This document shows positions 1 through 12,221 of a DNA stretch of 64,000 nt, piece after piece. Under the pieces are notes generated by a model. The model ran no database searches and was not told where the DNA came from. It worked only from the letters and a program-made list of their open reading frames with translations. The stretch's first letter is position 1. Each line of letters opens with the position of its first letter. Source of the stretch: Macrostomum lignano (Eukaryota); assembly GCA_002269645.1 (NCBI GenBank), contig NIVC01000650.1, forward strand, positions 310,126 to 374,125. Reading direction: 5' to 3'. The translations under genes and the position numbers were made by a program.

Positions 1-514
1 TTAACTATGTAGATGGCAAGCTGCCCATGAATTCGGCTCATTCTGTTGTTCATTCTCGTTCTGTATGATTCTAATTCACTTTAACAGATTTAACAGAGTA
101 AGCATATTTAGCCTGTGCCAGAATTAATCGGGGTTAGCATTGGAAGTGACTTCATTACCGTACATATATGCTGTTTTTTTATTAACTGCATATGCTCTTG
201 AATGCATTCGATTTCCTGATTTAGTAGAACCATGGCATCCTATTCGCACACTGTAATTCTTTCTTATTCAGAAATCTGACGTCAGCGACCCAAGCTGACG
301 TTTAAGGCGTCTACCGACGTCTACCGCGTCGCTAAATTGCAGCGAAGTTCGGCCGACATGCCAGAATATTATGGACGGGTTTTATGCTGATATTTCGATC
401 GTATTAGTTCAGTTGACAATTTTATCGCTTCAAATGTTTTGAATAGACTTTCTGATTGCCTATACCTAATTTAATCAAGGGACAGCTATCACGAGGTTTT
501 ATCTGAGATAACAC

Positions 515-620
515 TTGACCAATAGGCGTTGGCTGAAGAATCAAATTTACGATGCACCCATTCATCAAACGGACCAATCAGGACTTACGCTCGTACCTAC
601 TGAAATCAGTATAAATGCAA
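515..620 (+). promoter_or_regulatory. Candidate core promoter of the GPCR gene (2 CCAAT boxes + TATA)
   Basis: CCAAT at 519 and 574, TATAAAT at 610-616, about 85 nt upstream of the ATG at 700. Motif match only. Confidence 0.35.
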
Positions 621-699
621 ACGCTCTACGAGTACGATACAATTTAGCTGAAACTTTAGTTTAAAAACAAAACTCACTGACAAAATTCTGTAGACAAGC

Positions 700-1883
700 A
701 TGTCGAGACTCGAACCCGAATGGTTTGATGACGGCTTGCCGAGCTTCAACGTCTCTCGGAACTCATCAACGCGAAAACCGAGCTGGCAGCTCGACTATCG
801 TCAGTTTCATGTCCACGTCTTCTCGTGGCTCTTCCCGCTGCTGATGTCGCTGGGAGTCTGGGGCAACGCCAGCTGCCTGCTGGTGCTGCTGCGGCACCCG
901 AAGTGCTTCCCGTTCTCTGTGCGGCTCTGGATGCTCACCACCTGCTGCGTGGACCTCCTGCTGGTCGGAGGAAAGTCGGTCACGCACTACCTGGCGCCCA
1001 GCGTCCTCGGACAGACTCTGGGCGTGCCGATCTTCCGAACCGAGTCCAACTTCCCGGTGTGCGTGGCCTACTACCTGGCCACCCTGTGGCTGCTGCACGG
1101 CAGCCCTTTCTTACGCCTGGGCTTCTGCCTGCACTCGCTGGTCGTCACTCTGGCGCCCATGCGGCAGCGCAGTCTGCTGCGTCAGCGGAACATTGTTGCC
1201 TGGCAGGCGCTGCTGCTGCTGCTCAGCCTCCTGCCCTGCGTCCGGGTGGCCAGCGCCTTCTGGAGCAGACAACAGTCGCGCTGTCTGTTCCGGAAAAACG
1301 ACTGGATTGAAGTAGTGTACCGGCTGTACACAGTATTAGCCTCTCGCCTGCTGGTGTTCGTGGCTCTCCTGACGTCCCTGGCCGTTATCCTGGTCAGTCT
1401 GAGACGCAGCCAGCACAATGTCAACAGCTCCATAACGTCTGGCCCTGGCGTCAGAAGCAACGTCAGCCATCTGGCAGCTACCGCAGCCTCCGCGCAGACG
1501 CGGATCTTTGCCTTTACCAGCCTGATCTTCATTGCTTGTGAAGCGCCGTATTGCGTTCTAAAGCTGCTGCCCACCTGGGCGCGGTGGACTGTACCCAGGT
1601 CACTCACCGGCTAGCTGTCCTGCTCAATCATGTGATGTATCTGAATCCCGCGCTGAATTGGCTGCCCTATCTAGTTGCGACGAAGTTTCGACGACACTAT
1701 CGAGCCATGCTGACCCCAGCTGGATGCTGCTGTAGCTGCTGCGATGGTGGGAATTTCAAGCACTGGCAGTCTGGATCTTCTAGAGCAGCTACATGTAACA
1801 TGCCAAGTGCCTATGATGCTGCAATCGGGGCTGTTGAGACCGCGACCCCGATTGCTTGTTCCGACAGAGTGTGCCAATTATGA
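700..1883 (+). CDS. Rhodopsin-like (class A) orphan/peptide-type GPCR, intronless, with one frameshift near 1594
   Basis: ORF 700-1614 gives an N-glycosylated N-terminus (NVS, NSS), TM1 with GN (LGVWGNASCLLVLL), TM2 (CVDLLLV), TM3 Cys, TM5 and TM6 (FIACEAPY). TM7 and helix 8 (LAVLLNHVMYLNPALNWLPYLVATKFRRHY) lie in the frame of ORF 1551-1883. One extra C in the CCC at 1594-1596 fuses them into about 394 aa. Confidence 0.8.
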
Positions 1884-2359
1884 GCAGGAGGTTATCTTCC
1901 GTTTAAAGTTTGTGAGAAGATTTACGAGAAGCTTGTAGAAATAGTGACAATTTCTTCTGGTCTGGTTTCATCTGAGTGGTTCCGGCATGGATGTTTGATG
2001 GCTACGAGCGAGTTGACTCGCCGTATTCATTCGACATACAATCTTGTTGTTATTTATCGCACGAAATGTAGGCAAACGCCATGCAGTTGAACGCAGACCC
2101 TATAGTCACACTGTGTCTAGATGCAAGCAAAGGCTATTTAGGTCCTGGCGTCCATATTCAAGGAATTGTAAGCAATCGAGTCAGATTACCGAATAAATGT
2201 TGTAAGCTGCGCCTCATTCCCTTGCCCTGACCCCTGCGCTCTCCACCTCTCCTCTCCCTGTCGCTGGTTCATTCTGATCTCCCCCCTCCGTCTTAAGCTG
2301 CCATTCTTCACTTTATTTGTCTCGTTTTCATTTTCATTGGCTGGCGTCTTTTCACCTCT

Positions 2360-2380
2360 CTCTCTCCCTCCCCTCTCTCC

Positions 2381-2422
<42 letters not shown>
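2360..2422. repeat. (CT)n microsatellite
   Basis: CT dinucleotide run read directly. Confidence 0.95.
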
Positions 2423-2427
<5 letters not shown>

Positions 2428-2781
2428 TGGGCTAGTCCAATCATGTCTCTCGCCGCGGAGACACCTGATTGGCTGGCCTTCCCCTTCTTTCTCCCTCGCC
2501 CTTCAACTCTGTGAGTTTTGCCCCCCCCCCCGGACCCCCAGCCCTGCGTGGCTTAGTCCCACCCAGCCCCCTGCTCTCACCCTTGCAGTATTTATGTGTG
2601 CGCGCGGTCCTTGCCCGGCTTTCGCCCTCCCTGCTCTCTCTACCACTACATACTTTGAGTGATTCGCTCGGGTCTGTGAATGTCCGTACGCCTCTGCAGA
2701 CCCGTGTCCACGTCTCTGGTGCTGCTGAGTCTCCTCATCCGAACCGATCCTTCTTGTCGTAGGGCTGGGCAACTGTCCGTC

Positions 2782-2868
2782 TGTCCGTACGCTCCCCGCC
2801 CCTCCACTTCCGCCCTGAAGTGTCCGTAAGCTCCTCGCCCCTCCACTTCCGCCCTGAAGTGTCCGTAC
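2782..2868. repeat. 39-bp tandem repeat, about 2.2 copies
   Basis: TGTCCGTA(C/A)GCTCC(C/T)CGCCCCTCCACTTCCGCCCTGAAG starts at 2782, 2821 and (partial) 2860. Confidence 0.9.
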
Positions 2869-3591
2869 TCCTCAGGGGTGGCCGCTCTCCCACCTATTAT
2901 ACCCGGCAAGCTCTGGGAAATCCCTAATCCGTCCGGATGGACGGAAGCGGGAAATACAACATAAATATATTGTTTAAGCAACGATGCATCAGAAACATAA
3001 CTGCAAGCAAAGAACTTTTGAAACAACAGTCTATCATTTTTTCGCGTTTTTGCATTTATTTCTCTTTATACGCACCGTACAATGTATGTACGAGTACATG
3101 TAGCTATAGAAGTTAATCCAAGTGCTTGCGTGCAGCCATCAATTTCGTATATGAGTTTGGGACTAGAACTAATGGGAAAGTTTTTAAATCACATATGCTG
3201 GACAGTGGGGGGGGGCAGAGCAACTCATCGTTAAAAAAACGCGTCTGGCTCCTGGGATTCGATTCCAAGCGCGGCCACAATAATTTGTTCCGGCAAATTG
3301 GTCAGGAAGTTGTCGTACGATTAATACGACATATAACTACGTAAATATACTTAATTATGTAAATATTTGCACTCTACATGGGGCATAGCACGTTTAGTCT
3401 ACCAGCACTGAGGCGATTCTGCCCATTCCAGCGCTCCTGACTTCTGAGCACATACAAGCGCGCGGAGACTGTACGCAGGCACGCACTTATGCATGTGCCA
3501 CACACTAACACAGGGGGTAGCCGAGGTGCACGGAAGCGAACCAGGGGTCGTGGCGCAAGAGTCAGACGCGACTACCGCTGAATGATTCCGC

Positions 3592-3635
3592 AATGAGCCC
3601 TGAATGAGCCCTGAATGAGCTCCTGAATGAGCCCT
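3592..3635. repeat. Short tandem repeat (GAATGAGCCCT)n
   Basis: About 4 copies of an 11-12-bp unit. Confidence 0.85.
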
Positions 3636-5761
3636 ACGACAATGATTCCGAATGCTTCGCGCACTCGTGCTTTTGCCATTAACGCACTCATCGGCGTGTT
3701 GGAATCCCATTGTCGATTGACTGCTGAACGTCTTGAATAAATCGCACGAATAAAGCTTGTGCAGGAAAGACATCCTGCACGCATAAGTGTGCAGGAATGA
3801 AATCTTGCACGCGTGGTCAATCGACAATGTGCTGCTCAGCTGTCCCGCTCTCTTTGTTTCTGTACACAGTTAAATTGCATCCTAAATATGTACACGTGCA
3901 CTCTCCGTAGCGCTCTCAAACTTCAAAGACACAATCTGCTTTCATTTGGAAGTTTTGTACAGCCGGTCTCCAGAGAAATATTCGTAATGAGAAGCATGAT
4001 AATGGCGGTAAAATTACTCGTAGTCCAGAATTAAAACTTTTATTAAATCTCACCGACAAATTGCGAGTTATACAGTGTATGTGCGTACGTACATAATCCA
4101 ATCCAATTTTTAGCTCGAACTATCCTACCTACAAGCCTCATAGCCCACTTGTCACTTTTACGTTGTGACATCGTCTCTCATTAGACTAAACGGTACGCAT
4201 CAGTTGGATGATGCTCTCTGCAGTCTACCAGGCTGCCCCCAAAAAGAATCATTTTGCGTACGCCTTTGCGTAATAATGCAGCGTAACTGTCACTGATTGT
4301 GCTGTCTGGGTCACGAGTATCTCGTATCGTTGTTAAAGTTTGTCTGTTGCCCAAACAAGACCGAGACTCCCAAATGTACGAAGTTTGCGACGGTATTTTT
4401 CCTATCTTTAATGGTTTGAAACACTGCCGGCTACGAGAGCACACAGTGCATGCAAGGAATTAAATGATTACACGATTGATTCTTAGCAGAATTGGGAGTG
4501 TAACGCTTCTCTGCGTAAAGTTAGCAGTTATTTTGCTTCAGAATCTATTTCACTTCTACGAGTTACTTTCTTTAATATTTTCACAACAGAAGATAACAAA
4601 ACTAACTTTAAAAGTAAATAATCAAAACTGAAATTTTCTTCTTCCGTCAATCGCTGTCTCGCGCTCCATCTGCTGCTCAGACGGCTGCTTTCGCAGTTTC
4701 CGGTCAAATGCGCAGTCTAGGAAACCAAGTTCTCCAACGCTTCGAAACTAGTATAGTGTGCCTCAGAACCTGCTTCTGCAACTGGTTGAGCTCATTGTCG
4801 GCGTAACCAGCTCTGTTTTTCAGTCCTTCTCCTGAAGTAGCCGCAGCAGATACAGATGGGAAGCGCTCTTCCACCGGTTCGCCCCTGAGCTTCGTGTTCG
4901 GTAGCTCTTCTTCCATCAATTGCGGATCAGCTAGAACAGAATGGCGCTCTGAAAATGAAACAAATGCCACTATATTTTTTATCAAGGATATTCAATTGCA
5001 TGAAATGTTGTTCGCTGACTAGACCTAATTAGACTCACGGTGCAGCAGAGTCAGCAGAAGGCAGAGCAGAGTCCAGAGAGTCCAACTACAATCGCGCATG
5101 TCTCTTCTTGTCTGTCAGTTTGTCTGCGTTTCAACAGTCGATTTTGGAATAGAATTCTCCTTAGTCGATGCCTGCCTCTCTTATATAGACTTCTGCAGCG
5201 CCTGCTACCTGCTACAAACCAGAAAAAACAGCTGGTATTGGCACCTGCGACCACGCGGCGGAGCTAGACGAATCTCTTTGACTTTGAAGAACCTCCCAGG
5301 CTTTAATTCTGTTTGATACTAACTTGCTCAGGTGTCTAGAGATACTGAAATTATTTCACCAAAGGGACCAATTGGTAAAGCTTTGTGCCTGGCACACGTG
5401 GATAAAATTTTCCTACCCCAAAATTGATTCAGCCCAACAGCCTCTGCGTCACGGCCGGTTAGAAACCAAAAGATGCCTTTCTTTGCCAACAGAAAGAGTT
5501 TTTGGTAGTTTAAGCTACACATATTTAGCAAAAAGCAACAGCAAAACTGCTGAAAACCGCTCTTTCTTTTTCATACGAGATTTTTTTAAACTACGCGTTT
5601 TTTTTCTATATTCATCAAGTTGATACCGAGACCTCTAAAATTTTCAAATAAGTTGTACCTGTTTCTTCTTTTAAAAAAGAAATCCACACAGGATAACCAA
5701 TACTGAGAATGGTGAGCACAAAACATCTAAAGTGGCCCGTTCTGTAAACACCCGTCGTTGC

Positions 5762-6073
5762 CAGCGGCGTCGCCATGGATTTTATGGTTGGGGACAAAGC
5801 CATCAAGAATTCTACATGTACCGTGTACACTATTTTCAGAATCAGTGTTGTCAGCGGTCATAGGCACTCATTTTGGCGCCGCAGGCACTCATTTTAGCGC
5901 CGCAGGTACTTATTTTGGCGCTGCAGGCGCTATATTTTGTAGCCCTGAAGCAAAATTATTGATTTCCATAACGGGTCAGAGGTTGAGTGGGGGACAAAAA
6001 ATTGGCATGTCCCCCCATAGCTTTTACTGGGGGGGGGATTGTCCCGCCTTGTCCCCCGGTGGCGACGTCCCTG
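5762..6073. mobile_element. MITE (312 bp) with imperfect 14-bp TIRs and internal 21-bp GGCGCC repeats
   Basis: Left end CAGCGGCGTCGCCA; reverse complement of the right end is CAGGGACGTCGCCA. Flanks GTCGTTGC / ACCGTTGC (6/8 match, possible 8-bp TSD). About 3.5 copies of CACTCATTTTGGCGCCGCAGG inside. Homologous inverted copy at 34395-34719. Confidence 0.7.
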
Positions 6074-6395
6074 ACCGTTGCTGATGCAAGCTTTAGTTGC
6101 TAATGTAGACAACCGTTGCTCATGCAAGCTTTAGTTGCTAATGTAGACAACCGTTGCTCATGCAAGCTTTAGTTGCTAATGTAGACAACCGTTGTTCATG
6201 CAAGCTTTAGTTGCTAATGTAAACAACCGTTGCTCATGCAAGCTTTAGTTGCTAATGTAGACAACCGTTGCTCATGCAAGCTTTAGTTGCTAATGTAGAC
6301 AACCGTTGCTCATGCAAGCTTTAGTTGCTAATGTAAACAACCGTTGCTCATGCAAGCTTTAGTTGCTAATGTAAACACCCGTTGCTTATAAGCTT
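6074..6395. repeat. 38-bp minisatellite, about 8 copies
   Basis: Unit ACCGTTGCTCATGCAAGCTTTAGTTGCTAATGTAGACA; period 38 (6074, 6112, ...). Confidence 0.95.
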
Positions 6396-8061
6396 TAACT
6401 AGTTGCTAGTGTAAGCTACTGTTACTAGTTTGAACGCTTGCTAATGTAAGCAACTCACACCCGTTGTGGATGTAAACATTCGTTACTAACGTAGACCACG
6501 CGTCTTCGATATACTTCAGTTGTGAAATGTACAGTATGTAAGAATCTGTATAGATTGCTTGTGATAAAACGGCTTATTTAATGCTACATGCTGCAGCATG
6601 CTTTTTGCAAAAAACGTTTTGAGAATAGCTGCTGTATACAGGGTAACTACATGTGTAGCATTTCCTGGCCTTCAGCAGATACGTCGAGTATATTACGAGC
6701 CTATAAAGGAATTTTACACTGTTCTCCACGAGTCGATATGCATCAAAAAATGAATGACAGAATAATTTCGATAAAATTGCAGATTTCAACAGCCAATTAT
6801 AATGATTATTCAAGGCAGCTGGATACACAGCCCTAGAAATAAATTAGTGCTTTCGAACCACACCTGGCAAATTATGAAGCAATCTTCAGCCTCCCTAGAG
6901 AACAATTATAGAACTGATTCGTGGACGTCATATTGAGAGTCTTATTGTTCGTTTTGTATCTTAAACCCGTGCCATTTGAAAATAACCCAGCGTTATTTTC
7001 TTATAATCACAGCTAGATAACAATACAACGAGGGTCACACACTACTATGGTTGACCTTTCATACAGTCAGAAGCTTAAAGTTGTTAAAACTAATGTGTAA
7101 ATGTTTACGTGTTATAGATAAAATTAACTTTTTTATAAAAAAATATTAATGTAGTCACGTTCTGCCCCCCCCCCCTACTATTTTTTGCGCACCCTTCCCT
7201 CCTTCGCCTGTGGTTCCTGCGCCCAGTGATGACTCATTAGGTTCATGATGACTCACGCACCAATTCACGCTTATCCCACACCCCACTCCTCCGCGCACCA
7301 ATCCTCACCTTTCTATTGTTTAAAATCGTGTGACAGTTTTATGATCCCCTATCTTCCTAAGCTTCTTCCTGCCTGTACGTTACACGTAATCCCCCATTAT
7401 AAATCTTTTTTATTCGCTGCGCCCCACCCCAATTTCTCGTCCAATCACAGCGCGGCTGACGGATGACGTCATCAGGGTTGTTTGGTCAAGTACAATTAAG
7501 TCACGGCCTTCAATTAATATCTCGCATCACGCTCTCGTGATCGCGTGACACGTGATCTCAGGGCTGTAAAATAAGAGACTGTTTTGAGGCCTGAGCGGCA
7601 CTTTCCATTTCCATGTCACTTTGCTCCCCCCTTTCCACTTTCCGCGTTTCCTTCCCCTTCCCCTACTGTTTCCTTAAACGGACCTTTCGGAGCTGTAACA
7701 ACCGTTCGGAGCCCTTTCTCCCTTTTCGGTGCTGAGCTGCAACCACCGTGCTGAGCTGTAACTTCCCTTGGCTTTATAACCTCCTGACGCGTCTCGTCTG
7801 GACTGATCGTCCGTGACTGTAGCCGCCGCCGAGACTATCCGACGACCACCTTGCCAAGCAGACCCGCCGTCGGCCGCATCTGTACGGTACATGTATTTCT
7901 TTCTTTGTTGCGCTGCCCTGGGTATAGTCAGCCCGGTGTAGCTCAATCATCTATATAGCTCCTACTTTTTCAATCTTAACTTATTAATATTAGGCCAAGT
8001 TGAGGGCTAGTAATTCAGGAAATTAGTTATTCAACTATCGTTTGCTTCTGACTGTTAACTT

Positions 8062-8257
8062 TATAAGACCGTGGGTTGAGTTGCAGTGAATAACAAAACG
8101 TGAGGAGACCTCACTGGCTCACGCCAATATATTTATTGCCAAAGTTGGGTTGGGTGTAATCACCCTAAGCACACACACGCCGCAGCGTTAAACCCCAACC
8201 CCCAAACAAGCCAGACGTGCACATCTAAGTGCACGCGCACCCACAAGCCAGACTACA
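8062..8257 (-). repeat. 3' LTR
   Basis: Direct repeat of 12239-12452. Minus strand starts TGTAGTC and ends TCTTATA (CA end mutated). AATAAA on the minus strand near 8133. Confidence 0.9.
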
Positions 8258-8269
8258 CTACTTCCCCCT
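8258..8269 (-). other. Polypurine tract (PPT)
   Basis: AGGGGGAAGTAG on the minus strand, directly abutting the 3' LTR. Confidence 0.85.
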
Positions 8270-8292
8270 AGAAGCAAAAGACATTTCCCGAG

Positions 8293-11200
8293 TCAAGCAA
8301 AGCCCGCCATGTACAAATCAGGTGGCCGCCGCTCTCTCGCCGACCGCCGCGGAACCTTGACCGGCTTGGCCGGTGCCGCCGGCGGCTCCTCCGGTGCCTT
8401 GTCTGCCTGCAGCTCGGGCCAGAAGGTCACTGCGTCGCCGCTAGGATCGGCCGCCTGCCCGGGCGGCTCTGCGGCGGTGCCGTCGTTGTCGAAGTCGGCG
8501 GCCAGCGGCCGGCGGTCTGCTGCGGCCGGAAGCTCCAGTGACGCCCGCCGCTGCACGAAGCGCTTGAGGCGGTCGTGGTGCACCACCAGCCGGCGCCTGC
8601 GGCCGGTCTCGTCCTGGATGCGGTAATTGACCTCGCCCAGGCGCCTCAGGACTCGGTACGGCCCCTTCCACTTGGCGCTCAAACACTGCGTCTGGCCGCG
8701 CTTGATGACGGAGTTGCATCATCACGAGCTGGCCCTCTTCGAACGGTACGAACCGAGAGTCCTGGTTGGCCAGCCGGTTGCGCTCGATCTGGGCGCTCCG
8801 CAGTCGGCCGTGCACCGTGTCGAAGGCGCTCTGCAGGTTCTGAGTCCGTCGCAGAAAGCCATGATGTCCACTGTCGGCTGCCGGCCGGTCGCCGCTTATC
8901 AGCCAGCTGTCGAGAGCCAGCCTCGGTGGCCAGCCGTGGAGGACCTGGTACGGACTGAGGCCGGTGGTGCTGTGCACGGAGGTGTTGTAGGCCCAGGTCA
9001 CATACGGCAGCTTGCTGTCCCAGTCCTGCTGGTTCTCGGCCACCATCGTCGCCAGCATGTCGCCGAGCGTCCGGTTGCCGCGCTCGACGATTCCGTTGCC
9101 GCGCTCGACGATTCCGTTGCCGCTCGGATTAAACGACGACGTGCGCGTCTTCTCGACGCCCAGCTGCTCACAGAGCCGGCCGAACACCTCGCTCTCGAAT
9201 TGTCGCAGCTGGTCACTGAAGTGCAGCACCTGAGGAGCGCCGTAACGCAGAACCACCGACTTGAGCAGCGCATCCGCCACCGTCACCGCACCGCCAGGAC
9301 TGCCGTCTCTATCCACTTGGAGAAGGCGTCGCACATGCTCAGGATGTACGCCTTGCCATCCGTCGTACGCCGAAGCGGCCCTTTGATGTAGATCTGCACC
9401 AGCTGCCACGGAGCCGTCGGCTGGCACGTCGACTGCAGCGGCGCCATCTGCGGCTTGGTTGGACTCTTCTTGGCCAGGCAGACCGCGCAGCTGGCCACCC
9501 AGTTCGTCTCGTCGCAGACCAGGCCACCAGCAGCGCTCAGACAACCTCGCTCCGGTCCTGTCGACGCCGAGGTGTCCGCTCTGGTCGCACGAGTGCGCCT
9601 GCTGCAGGAAATGTGGCCGCAGATGACCGGGAATGACTGGCCAGCCACGCACCAGCAGGACACCCGCCGAGCTCACCAAGGCCTCGTCCTGCGCCGCCCA
9701 TGAATCGGACAGGTTGTCAATCCCTTCAGTCAACGCCTGGAACGTCCTGCTAAGCAGCGGCTCTTGCAGTTGCTCCTCGTGCAGGCTGCTGTCGTCCCAC
9801 CGAGGCTGCAGGCGCGTGCCGGCCACCCGGCTCAGCGCATCCGGCACGACGTTGTCCATGCCAGGCCGGTACAGCAGTTCGAACGAAAACTGCTGCAGCG
9901 TCGAAAGCCATCGCGCCAGCCGACCTTCGGGGTCCTTTGTTGCCAGCAGACCTTTGCAGTGGCCGGTGGTCCAAGTAGACTCTGAAGCTCGGGACACTCA
10001 GCAGGTACGTCCTGAAGTGCTTCAGACTCCAGACCAGCGCCAGCAGCTCGCGGTCGGTCGCCGAGTAGTTGCGCTCGGCCTTGTTGAGGGTGCGCGAGGC
10101 GAACGCCACAGGCAGCTTGGCGTCTCCGTGCAGCTGGCTGAGCACCGCGCCGACGGCGAACTGACTGCTGTCGCAGATGAGCACGAACTGCTTGGTGAAA
10201 TACGGCAGCCTCAGCACCGGAGCCGTCGTCAGCCGGTCCTTCAACTCGTGGAACGCTCGCTCGCAGTCGCTGCTCCACGCGAAGTCCCTCGATTTCACGC
10301 TGACGTCGTGCAGGACCCTCGCCGTCTGGCTGAAGCCTGGGATGAACCAGCGGTAGAACCCCAGCATTTCGAGAAACCGCTTCACCTCCTCGGTCGTCGG
10401 TGGGCTGGGCATGCTGCGAATGGCCTCAACCTTGCCGGGATCCGGTGCAATGCCCTGCTCGCTGATCAGGTGTCCCAGGTACAGCACCCGGCGATGGCCG
10501 AACGCGCTCTTGGCCATGTGCAGCTTGAGTCCCGCGTCTCGCAACCGCTAAAAACTTCCGCCAGCCTCTCCAAGTGCCGGTCGAACGTCCTGCTGAACAC
10601 AATGCTGTCGTCGATGTAAGTCAGCACGGACTCCCAGTACAGGCCGGACATCACCAGCTCCATGAGCCGCTGGAACGTCGCCGGGGCGTTGCACATCCCG
10701 AAACCCATCTTCCAACCGACCGGGGTCTCCTAGGCCTCCTCCTGGCGACCGTCCCCGTCTGTCATCGCGCCTTCGAACGTGCCGACCGTCTTGTTGGTGT
10801 ACAGCAGCACGGGCTCCTCTGCCAGGTTGCACATTTTCACCGGGATGCGGCAGTCTTCCGAGACCGCCAGCACGCGGGCCGGCAGGACGGCAGTGGACTT
10901 CACGAAGTTCTCAGCCGGCTCAAAGACTCCCTGCTCGCCGCTGGAATCAACCTTGAGCCACACCAGCGTCTAGCAGCGGGCGGGCAGCTCCGTTGTTGCT
11001 CGCTGCTAAAAGGCACAGCTGTGCTGTCGAACTTGACGACGCCTTCTTTAATGTCGATGGTCATCGCCCGCGACACCTCGCCGATGAAGTCCATGCCGAT
11101 GATCAGGCTGGGCTGGATGCCGTCCACGACTGTGAAGCGATGGCGCACGCGGATGGTCTGGCCGATCGAAACATCCGCTGCTGACAGGCCAAGGCAGCGC

Positions 11201-11568
11201 AGTCGGGATCTGTCGACAGCCGTCGGCAGCGCACCGATATCGGTGAAGTTGATCTTGCGCGGCAATCTGTCGAACAGCGACTTGTCCATCAACGAAACTT
11301 GCGCGCCGGTGTCGAGCAAAGCAGGCGCTGACACGCTGCCAAAGTGCACCTTCACGAAGACTGAAGGCGCTGATCTGAGGGCCCCTTTTGAGCGGGTCGG
11401 TGCTGGCCCCAGGCTGCCGACCCTCAGAAGTTTCCATGCGGCTGACCAGTTGGTGTCGGGCACACCGCGGCGGAGTGACTCTTGCCTGAGCACCGGCTGC
11501 AGCGGCTGCCGATCGCTTTTTGGGCACCGCCTAGTGATGTGACCCGGCTTGCCACAGCTGAAGCACAT
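8293..11568 (-). pseudogene. Gypsy gag-C/pol remnant (zinc knuckle, protease, partial RT, RNase H, integrase)
   Basis: CFSCGKPGHITRRC; ALLDTGAQVSLM; FGMCNAPATFQRLM...YIDDSIVFS; FVLICDSSQFAVGAVL...ERNYSATDRELLAL; HLGVDRT...WWPGL; FNPSGNGIVER...WDSKLPYVTWAYNT; WKGPYRVL. Spread over several frames. Confidence 0.93.
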
Positions 11569-11939
11569 GATGGGTCCCTTCTGACGCCTGTCTCTTCCGG
11601 GTGGTCCCGTTCACCCACTGGCTGTCAGCTGCTGCATCTGCTGCTCCAGCTGGCTCAGTCGTCTGTCTTCCACCGAAACCGCAGCTGATGAGGCTATAGT
11701 TGCGTGGCTCAACAGCTCAAGCTTGCAGCTCTGTTGACGATGGCGGCCAGCGAACACGAGTCCGCGTCCTGGTCTTCAACAGCGCATCTCTCACGGCAGA
11801 TGGCAGGAGGCGCATCAGGCGAAACTTCACGTCCTTTTCCCGAGCCGCCACGGAGTCGTCTGGGCGGGCCCGAAGGTGGAGAAGCTTCAGGCTGTAGCCG
11901 AGCTCCCTCAGCGACTCGTTGGGCTTTCACTTTCGCCCT

Positions 11940-12218
11940 TCAAACTCCTCCATTTGCTCTGTAGTAGCTCAGACTATTGCCGAAGAACTCGATCAGCTTT
12001 TCCTTCAGCTTTTCATAGCTGGCTGACACGTCTGCCAGCTGCTCCCAGACGAAGATTTGCGCTTCTCCTGTCACCAGCAGTCTCAGCTTCTTTGCCTTCT
12101 TCTTGTCGTCCCATTCGCAGTCGTCGACGAAGTCTTCAAAGGTGCTTAGCCTCATTCTCACGTTGGAGTCGCCGCTAAACTTTGGAGGCAATAAACTGGC
12201 TTGCTCTGATTTGGCCAT
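11940..12218 (-). pseudogene. Gypsy gag N-terminal fragment
   Basis: ATG just downstream of the PBS. PPKFSGD...FEDFVDDCEWDD...KLRLLVTGEA...YEKLKEKL is a typical retrotransposon capsid start. Frameshifted afterwards. Confidence 0.8.
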
Positions 12219-12221
12219 ACT

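Noticed and set aside
1585-1615. Programmed ribosomal frameshift or tiny intron in the first GPCR
   Set aside because: No X XXY YYZ slippery site, and a GT-AG intron skipping the stop would be only 24 nt.
4704-5316. Short ORFs on both strands near 4.7-5.3 kb
   Set aside because: No recognisable domain and no consistent splice-phase chain could be built.
8258-8300. env or chromodomain in the Gypsy element
   Set aside because: The integrase frame ends at 8293, only about 25 bp before the PPT, and no chromodomain motif is visible.
8575-11542. Plus-strand ORFs 8627-9391, 9633-10619 and 10574-11542
   Set aside because: Antisense shadows of the GC-rich Gypsy pol; all recognisable motifs are on the minus strand.
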